A stretch of DNA of 64,000 bases from Podarcis melisellensis (taxonomy: Eukaryota): assembly GCA_964234715.1 (NCBI GenBank), contig OZ174284.1; one strand, given 5' to 3'. Below the pieces are notes generated by a model. It made no database searches and was not told the DNA's origin. It worked only from the letters and a program-made list of their open reading frames with translations. Shown here one piece after another: positions 49,702 to 62,215 of this stretch. Position 1 is the stretch's first letter; each line of letters opens with the position of its first letter. The position numbers and the translations under genes were made by a program.

Positions 49702-49813
49702 GGGTTGTAGTCAGCTAACTTTTACTCAGAATAGACACAATTTAATGAATGGGCCTACTAGGCCATCGATTTCAATGGGTCTATACTGAGTAAAGCTGGT
49801 TTGAATACAACCC
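49702..49813. mobile_element. Short palindromic MITE (probably PIF/Harbinger type)
   Basis: GGGTTGTA / TACAACCC ends; internal TTTACTCAG / CTGAGTAAA inverted repeat. Confidence 0.55.
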
Positions 49814-50800
49814 GTTGGTTTTGGATCTTCTAATATTATAACAGGATTTTCAGTAGGAACTCAGATGGGAGGGGGTGCAAAATAAAATCCATCATTCTAT
49901 TTTACACTGCTGGTGGCATCTGAACACCAGCATTTACTGATCTTAGCAACTTTGCAATATACATCAAACCATAAATCTTTCTTAGGAATCCAAGCCTATT
50001 TCTTTGCTGAAACAAAGTCAATGCTGCCCTCTTGTGGCTAATTGCCAGCACAATGCTTTTGCATACGAGTTATCAAATGTGCTATTTTGGTTGCTATGGT
50101 TTTTATCATAAACGTTATGCCAGTTGCTTCTTGTTTCCTTTTAGTACACTGCACTGTAAATCTAGAAAACCCCTTGCATAAGGTGATGTAGAATATTTCA
50201 GACCCCGCAGAAAGAGAAATTCTCATAGCCTTAACTGTATATCCAAAACTTAAAATAGTATTTCTCCACACCCGCACACAATTGCAAAATCTTTTCACAC
50301 ATACGTGGATAGGGAACAGACCTCAAATTAGCATCTTGCATGTCATATAAGTATAATTACTTCTTTAAAAATAAAAAAAGATTTTGAAATGGGGGGGGGT
50401 TTCCAACTATTTACAAGGCTGTCCAGACCATGCTGTGCTAATTTAAAAACAAATGTCTTAACTACTGAAGATTTTGTGCTAACCACTGGATTTGGGTGAA
50501 AGTTTAATCTTTTTACGCAATCTCATCACACAGGGCTGTTGTGCTTTTCATCGCCCTGGGAAGGTCTGTTTCCTCTCAAAAGACAAATCTTGGAATTAAT
50601 GCTTTCGAAACAGTAAAATAAAGTATGTCCAAGGGCTTAAGCAGATTTGATTGTGAGAAGCAATGGAGGGGGGGGGAGAGAAGGGCCTTCTATTAGCTGT
50701 TTTCATTATTCCTGTGCTTTGGCTTTCAGAGCGTTATTACGGGAAACTTTGGCTTTTCCAAATAACACTTTTGTTTGTTTCGTTTGTTTCTTTCCTGTAG

Positions 50801-51289
50801 GTTGTTTGGTGCCAAAGCAAGTGGCAAAACTGCCCCTGCACCAAATACAGAAGGTGCCAAATCCACATCTGCAATGCCCAGCCCTAGTACCACGTTAGCT
50901 CGGCAAGGCAGCCTGGAATCTCCATCCTCAGGTACAGGTAGCATGGGCAGTGCAGGTGAGCAGAGTGGCGGCAGTAGCCCTCTCTTCAGCAAACCCTCGG
51001 ACTTGAATACAGATGTTGTAAGTTTAAGTCACTCCTTGGCTTCTAGCCCGGCGTCAGCCCACTCTTTCACGTCAGGCGGTCTCGTGTGGGCTGCAAACCT
51101 GAGTAGTTCCTCTGCTGGCAGTAAGGACACACCAAGTTACCAGTCGATGACTAGCCTCCACACAAGCTCTGAATCTATTGACCTCCCTCTCAGCCACCAT
51201 GGCTCCCTATCTGGACTGACCACAAGCACTCAAGAGGTTCAGAGCCTGCTCATGAGAACTGGAAGTGTGAGATCTACCCTTTCAGAAAG
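50801..51289 (+). CDS. NAV3: NAV3 internal coding exon (489 nt, LFGAKASGK...MRTGSVRSTLSE)
   Basis: tttcctgtag|G acceptor, GAAAG|gtgagt donor; ORF 50775-51293. Confidence 0.96.
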
Positions 51290-53663
51290 GTGAGTTTACC
51301 ATGGAGAGAAGTATTTCGATAAGGGTCATAACAAATGGAAGCAGCCAGAAGCATGGCTTTCAAAATATATCCTCAAATCAAAACCAACAATGTTAAGAGG
51401 GTAGGGGAGGAAGGAAAGGAGGGGAAAGTAAAATAACTGGTAATGCTTTTTGACGGTGTCCCTTGTAGAAAGCTCTATGGTGCTTCCATTGTCTTTATGC
51501 TCAGTAGAACAGATGATTCCATTGGGGGCTTTCATCAGAGGCGGTTTTAGGGTACTTCAACCGGTGCAGCTACACAGAGTACCATTCTGCAGGCAGCACC
51601 ACATCAATGCTGCAGAACAGAGTGGAGCGAATTTTAGTGTTGCACAGGGTGCTGCTGAAATTTGAGAGCCCAAAGCCCACCACTGCTTCATACCAGGGAC
51701 ATTTTTTGTTATATTTATTCTGGAGTAATTTAGTTTACACCTGGGAAATTACCATCAATTCCTGTGTGTATGTTAGGTTACAAATACTTGCAGCTCCAAA
51801 CAAACAAACAAACAAAAAAAACCTTCAATATTTATTTGACCCGGAGACTGAAAGGAGGGAAAGTGTGCATTGGGCATACACAATAAACTAGAGCCAACAA
51901 CAAAAAAACCTTCTTCCACACTCTGGAAAACATTCCAATCAAGATTATGCAGGTAGATGGTATATCTAGGAAGAGTAACGTGAAAATCAAACCACGGATT
52001 TATAAATTAAATAGTTACACTATTTCTCTAAAATTTATTCAGTTTATAATTTGAAAAAAAAACTTAGTCTGAAGTTACAAAGTGATGCATGAAATGTTCT
52101 AAAACATTTAAACATTTTAAAAGGTTAATAGTTTCCCTAGCATCAAAACTTAAACTGGCCGTTAAGCACGATTTTGAGTGAATCTGAGTATAACACAGCC
52201 AGTGTACCCTTGCAGAGAGAAAATGCTATCACATTAAAAAATTATAGGTAAATGTTCACAGGTAGCCATTGTGATGCACTATAAAAAAATAGCACTCCAT
52301 AGGCATTATCTTCTTGTGTTTCTTTCAAGATAATTAGGCACATCAGTATTTTTATCCACATTCTCTGGATCAGGGTCACGATCATGGGCCAACTTTGATA
52401 GGGGCAGAAAATCTGTCAATCACATGGCATCTTTATGCTATCACTTGATTGGCATACAGGTTGTGCCACCCACCTGTCAAAATCCCTTTTGCAAGTATCA
52501 CAAAAGAAAAGAGCATGTTGTCCCAGCCCTAATTGTGTTCATCTTAACTAGTTCTCATAATGTTAAATCAAGGTTTAGCATTATGCCCAGACATAAACCA
52601 TGAGCACATGACAAGAGTGTGATTCAAACCAGCACCTTTCCTATTCTCTTATATACTATGCTATATGAGCTCTGTTGCAGATTTGAACACTGCATTAAAT
52701 CTCAAGGATTCTCCATATTTGTTCTTTAGCAAATATAACTACAGGGAGACATTATAAAATAATTTTTGAAATAGCTATTGAGTTTATTTCTGCCTCGAGG
52801 GTATTTAGATAAAATAATAATTTAGTGTTGGCTTTGCATTTTTCCAAGTATTCTTTGAGAGAGCATTGAAATTGAATGAGTACTCTACTGAATGGAGCAG
52901 TGTTTGTAGACTCCTAATATATGTGTATTTACAAATGTTAAGCAGTTAAAGAGGCAAAACACATAGCATAAACTGACTGATTCTATAGCAGTACAGGTTC
53001 TCAGCAAAAGCCAATTAGCTCTCTAAACATAGCCCAGTCCTATATAACATCCCTCTCATAGCATTTTCCAAGTGAGAGCAGGCAAAAAACACTGCATTCC
53101 TCACTTACATTGGTGTCCATTCAAGGCACAGCAAATGGTTGACAAACTAGGCTGAAGGGGGCTCCAACTTGCAGAAAAGCATCCATTTAGCTCTTCTCTT
53201 CTGTCCTGCCACTTTTCAGGATTTCTCTGAGCTGTAACTGATACAGTGCAGTACAATGTAATCAGTACAGTTAAGTATGGTACCTTGAAACAGGTAGCCC
53301 ATATCTTTTGTGTAAGCCAGACACTTTTCTATACCCTCTTTCTCTTCAGCAGGGAGATGATGATGATTTGTTAAAAATGTGGCTTTGGATTTGCATATGC
53401 AGTGTGGCCATAATGTACATATTCATTGTATTCCCTAAACCATATTGACGATTGAATTAAGGGATGAATTCTGGCTTTTTACTTGATATTTGAACTAAAC
53501 ATAGGTCCTTATCTACCATTGAGTTACTACCTCGTTGTGAATTTGCACAGTTCACAAATGCAGGTACAAGGTTAGGTCAATCTTAGATTTGCTACATTAT
53601 CTGCAAAAGATTAAAAAGGTGCTTAATGAGGCCCCAAGGAAGGTTAAGCACACCTAAATTCCC

Positions 53664-53734
53664 ACAATGACAACATCAATCCAGAGAAAGCTAAGACTAC
53701 TCCTTAGCTTTCTCTGGATTGATGCTGTCATTGT
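53664..53734. repeat. Isolated 71-nt inverted repeat (32-bp arms, 1 mismatch, 7-nt loop)
   Basis: ACAATGACAACATCAATCCAGAGAAAGCTAAG-actactc-CTTAGCTTTCTCTGGATTGATGCTGTCATTGT. Confidence 0.95.
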
Positions 53735-56700
53735 TTTTCTGCGGGAGCAGTTACATAAGACCGATTATACGCTTCCATAAATAATTTAACTGTAAGAGAT
53801 AAAAAATATTCTACCCAGCTCCCTTTCCTTCTAGCTTAACTTGGATGCATTTGGGGTGGGGGGATTTTCCCCAATCTGTCAAAACAGATAAAATAATGGT
53901 TGGTCATCTGGATTGTAAAAGACTGTATTAAAATAGGTCTGCATGATTTGTGACCCAAGCTTGCTTGGAGCTATAAAAATAGTGAGATTGTCAAGCATTC
54001 AGCATGTGTACTTGGGGAAATCACAATGTGTGCAGGCTTGCATTGCAACAGAGAAACCCTAAAATGTTACTTTGGCAGTATACTGGCCACAGAGAATGCA
54101 ATTGTCTCTATATATATTCCTTTTCACAGAGGAAGCCATCCATTTGGAGCAGATCCCTTCTTACTTGTGCTGAATTTAATGATATTAGCAACCCTCCCCC
54201 CACTTTTTCCAGAAGGTTTTACTCTCATGAGTTGGCCTTAGGTGGAACTAAACCATTTTTAAAAAATGAAATGGAAGGGAATTCAAACTGGAGCACATAA
54301 GCAGATGAAAATGCTAAAACCACGTAAACGTTTTTCATTTGAGTGATATATAAATTTTGTTTAGATAAATAAGGAGACACTCTGCCCCACCAATGAACAT
54401 CCAGTCAATACAATGCCAGCAGGATGATCTAAGCCCCGACAAAACAATCAGGCTCCAGTGTAACAGTCACAGTCTAATTGCTACTTAATATTTGTTTACA
54501 ACCTTCCCTCCATATGCAAACATAGCCATATGCACTTAAACCGGCATTCTGCCACATATTGGGGAACAGAGCCAAAGGGCACGGTCATGTTCTCCCCTCC
54601 ACACATTAGGTCTATGCATGGAAGGGAAAGCATAGACAAAGTTTGCATCACTAGTAGCATCAGATATAGCAAAGCAGGTTAATATGTACTGATACTACTT
54701 TGTAATTACATAAAACTACATAAAATAAAATTTGCACACATACTGTGATATCCTCTTTAAAATTTCCAACAAATTTCATATCTACGTAAATCATTTTAAA
54801 GCCAAAACTGCAAAATAACACAATTTTCTAAAACTGATACATGTGTTTTTAGTAGGAAAATAATCAGTATTAGACCCTATTAAGTATTGTTTGAAGTAGG
54901 TGGTTTAATTTTTTTCTGTTCATATTCATGTTAGAAACCAACATGACTTATTTTATTAATATATACGTCATTCAGTAGTCCACAGCATCTTTCAGGTTTA
55001 GGGTATATAGCAACATTTTTTCTGTTTTTAGCCTGCAACAACCCTGCTTCTCTTGCCATGTCCACAGATGGAGAAACAAAGCCATGGTAATCAAGTGGAT
55101 TTGATTTCTCATTTGGAGATTGTGGTCACACCTGTCTGGCATTCAGTTTGGGGGCAAGGGAAATGGATGTGCTCAATAAGTAAATTCTAGCATATATAAA
55201 GTAGCCAGGGCTTCTGTGCTTCATTATGTATTCTACTGAAAGAAGTGGAAAGCTCCAGTATTTGGATGCACATACTAATGCACATCTGATGAGCAGTGTG
55301 AGGCTCCTAAAACAAAAAAAATTTTAAGACAATGCATGGACTTTCTATGGGCACCTGATGCAATTGAACAAATAAATGGAAAATATGACAGGTTGTTCAC
55401 CTCTCTAGTTGTGGCCATTCAGGGGACCCAGGAGTCTTGGACCAACATCCATATCTCATCCTCCAAACTAAACTAAGTCCTCTATATAAGTGGGTTTCTA
55501 AATTGTAGTATGGGTTAGGCAAAATAAATAAATCATGGTTCTGTCAGTTTGATGCAGCACATCATTATAATATCCTGATACGTGCTTGTTTTTTATTTGG
55601 ATATTATGTAAATTGGAGTTTGGTAAGTAGTTTATTCTATGGAATGTGTAAGAAAACCTGAAATCTTAACATCATATTTGAAAAATCAGTGACTGTTTTT
55701 TGTTTTGTTTTGAATAATACATGGATTTAAATGGTTCTGCTATTGCTGGTATTTTTCATGTATTATTCAACTTTTTTCCAACTCCTGAGTTTTTGTTTAT
55801 TTTAATGGCTGTTTAAAATACAAGGAAGAGTCATGGTCACACTGAAACACCCCCCCAACCAATCAACATGTACATACTAGTCTGAACATCTTTGTGATCC
55901 ATATGTCTTGTTTTCTAGTCTATAGATCACCGGATTCATCGCTATGTGCATAGGCTGATGTTCATGTAACCAGTATGAGCCTATGGCTGCTTTTGCAATA
56001 TCCCCTGTGTGCAAATCCAAAGAACGTCTGTACAAGGCCCTTCAAATATAATGATTATAGATCTGTCTTGGCAAATAAGTGACTCATCCATCACCATTCT
56101 TGTAATTACAGTCGATCAACAGCTACATACGAAACAACAATGTCAGAAACCAAAGCAAAAGTGGTTTTCTTTGAGACACAGATTGTTTTCTACCAATCAT
56201 TATTAGTTGATATATTTTAAAAGGTTTTAAGATATACTTGCAATAAAAGATTCCCCTTTTGGTTTGGGTGAGGTTTGGAGAACCCCCTGAACAGCAAACA
56301 GTGGGAGGAGAAGGGGATCATTCAAGCTGGCACCCATAGATATTAATGATTGGTTGGGATCTCAGTCAAGCCCTAAAAAATTGTGCTGACAGTCACACCA
56401 AAACATTGCTAGTAGTTCTTCAAGCAACTTTTCACACCTTTTGAAGTCTCGTGTTTCAACCCCAAAATTTTGAATGGGGAAATTTGATACAGCAGTAAAA
56501 AAATGTCCTTAAATAACATTTCCCTCCCCTCCTTATTGCATATCCACATATAGTGTTCTGCACTATCACAATACAGAGAGAGATAAGAAAGAGTTAAGGA
56601 AATTTATCCTCATGCTACAGAGTGGGTTCCCTTTCCTCAGCTGATGGGTCAAGCCAGATGCATGGCCAGAGAATACCTTGGGCAGGCTCTGTCTCCTGTG

Positions 56701-57074
56701 TTTGGATTGAGATGGATTTCCTTATCTTTTAGTTCTATTGAAATCATTTGGGGCTTACAAATCATAGGTAACTTGCCCCATTGATTTCAATGGGACTGAA
56801 ATGCTACAAATTTTGTCTGGAAATTCAGTTTAGATACTTTGTTCAACAGTGATTCCCTTTTGATACAGTGTCATAATAGAGTCCCAGCCTTTTCTGCATA
56901 TATCCATGTTTTTAATAATAATAATAATAATAATGATGATGATGATGATGTTGTACTTGAACCAGGCGCAATATGTTCCCCAGTTGTTCTTGTGAAATGA
57001 GTTTTGCACTTAACCTTTGAAAACCTGCCCAGAATGACTGGGGTAACCCAGTTGGGTGGGCTGAATATAAGTTG

Positions 57075-57129
<55 letters not shown>
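57075..57129. repeat. (ATA)n microsatellite (LINE tail derived)
   Basis: Direct observation. Confidence 0.95.
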
Positions 57130-57131
<2 letters not shown>

Positions 57132-57520
57132 TCCCTGGTGATGCTAGACTTCACTTTATGGAAGACAACCAAACTGAAACCCAATAAATATCCTGACCTT
57201 GTTGCCCACATGATCCTTCCTAGGACTCTTATGCTCAAATTCCATAATAACTAAGGCTGGAATGGGAATAAGATAAGCTAATTCTCAAATCAATATGTAT
57301 TTTCTTTACAAAAGTATGGCATTTTTTTTCCCTTTTGAGAAAAAAAAATAGCAATATATTACTTGCACTGATGATTTTGAGTGTTGCATAAAAGGTACCT
57401 TTCAAAGAATATATTTAAATAACTCCAAATGCCTTTTTTTGTGATACAACACTTTAGAATTTATAATTTTGAAGTGCTCTTTTTACTGTATGTCCTTAGG
57501 GGTTTTCTTTGTTTTAACAG

Positions 57521-57562
57521 CATGCAACTTGACAGAAATACACTACCCAAAAAGGGATTAAG
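57521..57562 (+). CDS. NAV3: NAV3 42-nt symmetric small exon (SMQLDRNTLPKKGLR)
   Basis: ttttaacag|C acceptor, TTAAG|gtatac donor; phase 2-2; DRNTLPKKGLR is a navigator family motif. Confidence 0.92.
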
Positions 57563-59631
57563 GTATACGATGTTTTATTCAGCATGGCTGCTGTTTCTCT
57601 GTTGTTCCGTAACTTTTTTCTATAATATTTCATCCTTTTCTTGTCACTGTGTATCCTTTTCTCCTGTTAAACAACTAATATAAAATCAATTTACAATAAG
57701 ATAAATTGTTTTAACGTTCTTTCACTTTCACTCTGGCAGTATGTGAAATGTTGAAATAGCATGCAGGTAGTGCCCTCAACAAGTGTGAAATAACATTTTT
57801 TTAAACCTCTCTTCTACCTCTGTTTAGAAATTATTCCCTCAAAATAAACCAGATGTTTAAGTGGAACCTTCAAATTTGGGACTCCCAAATTAGCTCAAAC
57901 ATAAGTTCAGCAACTCTGTTGTTTTCCCCCCTGCCTCCTTGACTTGTTCCTTGCCCTCTGTCCAATAGGAATTAATTCCTCTAAAACTTTCCCACTTATT
58001 CAGATCGGAGTAATCATATTTTCCCCCAGAAATAAACATGTAATCAATGAACTGCAGCAAGCTTTCTTTGCTTCCAGCTTTAATCACACACTCAGAGGGC
58101 TAGGACCATTGGTTAAGCGTCTGGCGTTGTCACCGCTGGTATTTTCTACGCAGGAGCAATATATGACTTCTCCTGTTGCACTTGAGTTGTAGCACATTGG
58201 GGTGCCAACCCCCAATTTGTGTCCACCAGGGGCTTTGTAAAGGAAAAATCTAAAGAACCTGTCTGCTCATCAGAAAGAATGCACTGGGTAGTAATCTTGA
58301 CTACACTGCAGATGGCAGAGCATTTTAATGTGTCTCCTGGAATCAAATGTAGATGGTGTTTATTTAGTCAGCAGTTCTCTTCCTTGCACACCATTCTGTA
58401 GAATCTGAGACATTACCATAAGAGCCAGGGAGGGAAAATAAATCCGAACTACCATCTCCCACATGGAGGCTTTTTGAAGGCCTGAAATACAGTGGCATGC
58501 AATCCTGAAGTGAATGTGGAAACCCCACCCCTTGTGCCCGTTTCAGGCATTGTTCTAAGAGCTTCGCCAAAGTTTTGCTGCCTAGCTATGCAGTCCTGTT
58601 TGTACAAATGTAGGACTCTCATTGTGGCAACAGCAGAAAGCTCCCAGTGCGCTCAAGGAGGAGGAACTGCAACAGCCAACAATGATAGGCTTGTCCGGAT
58701 GGGGGTGGGGGTGATGTTTTTGATCCCACCACAGTTGTTTAAAATGGTACTGGAACTACGTACAGTAATATATAGGTTTGCAAGAAATCTGGCTGAACGA
58801 AGCCTGCTTGTACAATGACAAAGAAAGTGCACACTCTTGAGTTGAAATCCGAACTATCTGAAATGCCTGCACAGGCTAACTTGCCATGTTAATCCATTCA
58901 AGAATTTGCTTTTCTCAGTCCCTGCCACAAAGTTTGGCCAGTGGGCTGCAGTATGTGTGCTGCTGGTGCAGTTACATTTTTGTATTTGGCAGCAGCACCC
59001 AAAAGTCTGTGAGAGGTTGGGTTTCCAAAGTTTGTTCTTTCTGCAAACGCATTTCTTTAAAAGTGAGTATTTCCCCCACCCCAATCCCTTAAATCTTATC
59101 AATTTGGGGGTAGGGCATAGCATCAAGGATCGACCCTTCTGAGAGACAAACACTGTATTTTGTCCCTTCAGATGTCACTAACAAAAATGCATTTCTTTCA
59201 CAGCTGCTCTTCCGTTTCCTTCTGCTTTCAGCCTACCTGTATACTATGCTCCTGTAGCTCATATAATGTAGGAACTGGACACCCGTCTCTCCTCCCTATC
59301 AAGCTCTCATTTTTCCAACCTTGTTGATATGCTTGAAATTAAGTTTTTGCTTTATCTTTTTTATGTGTTAGAGTTGTTGTTGTTCTTTTTTTAAAAAAAA
59401 TTAAAATAAGGCTTAGCTGTTTCTTTTGTACGTCTTCCCATCAATCACATGCCGATATGTATTGCTGATTGATTGTTTGTCTGTCTGTTTCTTGGGTAAC
59501 ATGACCCCAAGTCTCCTGTTCAGCATTGACTAAACCAACTGTATGATTATTGCTTGATTCCAAGCCACAAATCTCTTGCTAAGTGCAGCTCATGTGGAAG
59601 TTTTCAGTGTATCAGTGGTGATGTCTTTCAG

Positions 59632-59789
59632 GTATACGCCATCCTCTCGGCAGGCCAGTCAGGAGGAAGGAAAAGAGTGGCTGCGTTCTCATTCAACTGG
59701 AGGGCTGCAAGACACTGGAAGTCAGTCTCCTTTGGTATCTCCTACAGCTATGTCTTCATCTGCAACTGGGAAATACTTTTCCAACTTAG
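59632..59789 (+). CDS. NAV3: NAV3 internal coding exon (158 nt, YTPSSRQASQEEGKEWLRSHSTGGLQDTG...KYFSNL)
   Basis: tctttcag|G acceptor, TTAG|gtaaga donor; EWLRSHS motif. Confidence 0.94.
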
Positions 59790-61090
59790 GTAAGAAAAAG
59801 AAACTACTTGTGGTGCTCCATTGCTGAGCTTCCTTTATACATCTTAAGCTCTCCCTCACTCTTTTAGAATGCATAACTTCAGCTATCTAAAATTAAGCAT
59901 GCATTTTTTCCTGCTCTTACCATATCTGAACATATTCCTTGCCTCCCAGTCCATTCTGGGGATCAGTTCCAAGTACTGGTTAACATCCTGCACAGCTTGG
60001 AACCTCAGCATCTAAAGTAGGGGTGGAGAATTAATTTATTTTTTGAGCCCATTGAGCAGATCCTTATCTGTACCAACCCCCCAATGGGCCAACTTTGACT
60101 GTTGGGCTAAAAAAAACACCTGTCAAAGAAAATAATTAAAAGTGCATTCTTCTCCTGTATTTTGATGAGCGTTTTTAAGTTCCAAATCTCATTTACTCAA
60201 AAGTAAGTTCCATTTATTTCAGTATAATTGTGTGTCAATGCTTAGACTGCAAGTGTAGACAAGGTTAAACTTAGACATAGTAACAGTTTTTCCCTTTGGT
60301 AGAAACAAATCTCTGTGTTTCTGTGGTTTAGTTTTCCTCCAGTGTGGTGACCCAGTACAATGGCTTATTGAAAAAGCTTTCTTCCACCCCTCTAGCATTT
60401 CTTTTCTCTGTGGGCCATTTTCCCAGTGTGTTAAAAGACTCTCAGAAAAATACTGCTCCAGACATTTTTATTTTAGACACAGCCAGCAATGCTGGAAACA
60501 TCTTGCTGTACGCCATTAGTTCAAAATATTTGACCCTAATGTCTGAAGGGGCAGATAAATGCTGTTTTCCTTGGCCCTAGTTCCACACCAGCTAGATGGG
60601 TCAAAAATGTTCCCTTTAAGCTTGTTGAAAAACAGGTTTCCAAACCGCGAGAGCAGCATTTGAACCAAGAGGGGGGTCTGTTACTTCTCTTTTCGATAAA
60701 GCCCACACATGTGAAAGTTCCCATTTAATATCAGGATTGGTGTGTTTGTGTGTGTTTTAGCAGGAGGAAAAAGTTGTTTGAGCAGATACTGGTAATCTTG
60801 GCAAAAATATCTCCATACTACAGACTTAGGAAATACCATATTATAATTGTAAATAAATTTGGAATTATTGAAAGCAAAAGCCTTTTTCTATGGGATCTGT
60901 TTTAACTCGGTAGGGAGGAGCTTCAGACAAAAATAAGCCAAACTTGCTTATGAGAAACCACTGTAAAAGTGTTCCTAGTTCATCAAAAAATTAAAAGCAC
61001 AAATGTTATTTGACAGAGCTTTCTTCCCCCCTGTAGTGCAGTAATATATAATCAAAACTTATGGTATTGTTATTATTATTATTATTTCAG

Positions 61091-61279
61091 TGAGTCCAAC
61101 AAACTTATCCCAATTCAAACTCCCTGGTCCCAGTATGATGCGGTCTAACAGCATACCTGCACAAGATTCTTCTTTCGATCTTTATGATGATTCCCAGTTG
61201 TGTGGCAGTGCCACATCCTTGGAAGATAGACCACGTGCAATCAGTCATTCTGGGTCATTCAGAGACAGCATGGAAGAAG
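61091..61279 (+). CDS. NAV3: NAV3 internal coding exon (189 nt, VSPTNLSQF...RSNSIP...GSFRDSMEE)
   Basis: atttcag|TG acceptor, GAAG|gtaagg donor; phase 1-1. Confidence 0.95.
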
Positions 61280-62058
61280 GTAAGGCTATGTGTGGTATAT
61301 ATAACAGAGGCTGCCTTTTGATGTAGCATGAAACTATGCTTTGTGCCATAGAGTTAACTAGAGTTAAGAAGCCACACCATAGTTTCAGCTTCAGGTGTAC
61401 AACAGGTTTATTTTACAGATTGATTTCACTGTTCAAAGATAAATGGAAATAAATGCATCCAGCTATACCTATTCTATTTTTGTAATCAAGCCAACACTTG
61501 CCAAATTGCATCCTTTTGGGTCTCTTCATGGCCCTCTGCTGGTTTCTTCGTCTTGCAGCCCCCAGCTGAGCAAACCAACACTGTTCAGTGTTTCACCCCA
61601 TTTTCTCTTTTGCAACTCTTTAACCCTCTTCAATTCTGACTTCACAACTTTAATCCAAAACTAAATAACAGTACCATGTTTTCTAGCTTGACTTCTATAC
61701 ATTCTTCCCTTCCAAACCTTTTATCTAATCAGGAGAAAGAGTCTTGAGTTTCCTTTTCCCTTAATTGTCAATTTCCTAGAATAAATATTTTATCCGTCAG
61801 TGCAAAGCTTACTGGGCAAAACATCTCTTAAACTTTTGACTCTCCTGTGAACAAAGCAGCCCCTTGTACTTTAAATCTTCCTGTGAACTTCTCGTCATCC
61901 TATGCACAAAAATGTTTAAAGGCAAAAGCAGCAATTTTACAAACAGGCTGAAAGACTTATTACTTCACACAGGCATAACAGCAAACCACAGTAAGCATAA
62001 ATTATAATTTGCAAATCAGCTTCAAACTGTGGTTTCACATCCTGGTTTGTTAGCTATA

Positions 62059-62112
<54 letters not shown>

Positions 62113-62215
62113 TTATTTATACCCCGCCCATCTGGCTGGACTTCCCCAGCCACTCTGGGTGGCTTCCAAAAAAATATTAAAATACTTTAATACATCAAAC
62201 ATTAAAAGCTTCCCT
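62059..62215 (-). mobile_element. L2-like LINE 3' terminus with (AAT)n microsatellite tail
   Basis: (AAT)n-TTATTTATACCCCGCCCATCTGGCTGG..CCCCAGCCACTCTGGG; related tails at 5860-5995 (-) and 57017-57129 (+). Confidence 0.65.

Noticed and set aside
6728-61279. Assignment to NAV1 or NAV2
   Set aside because: Peptides such as SRFIHTDPSRFMYTTPLRRAAVSRLGN, GLVWAAN and IQRGVHDVTVDADSW fit NAV3 as I recall it; a reciprocal BLAST would confirm
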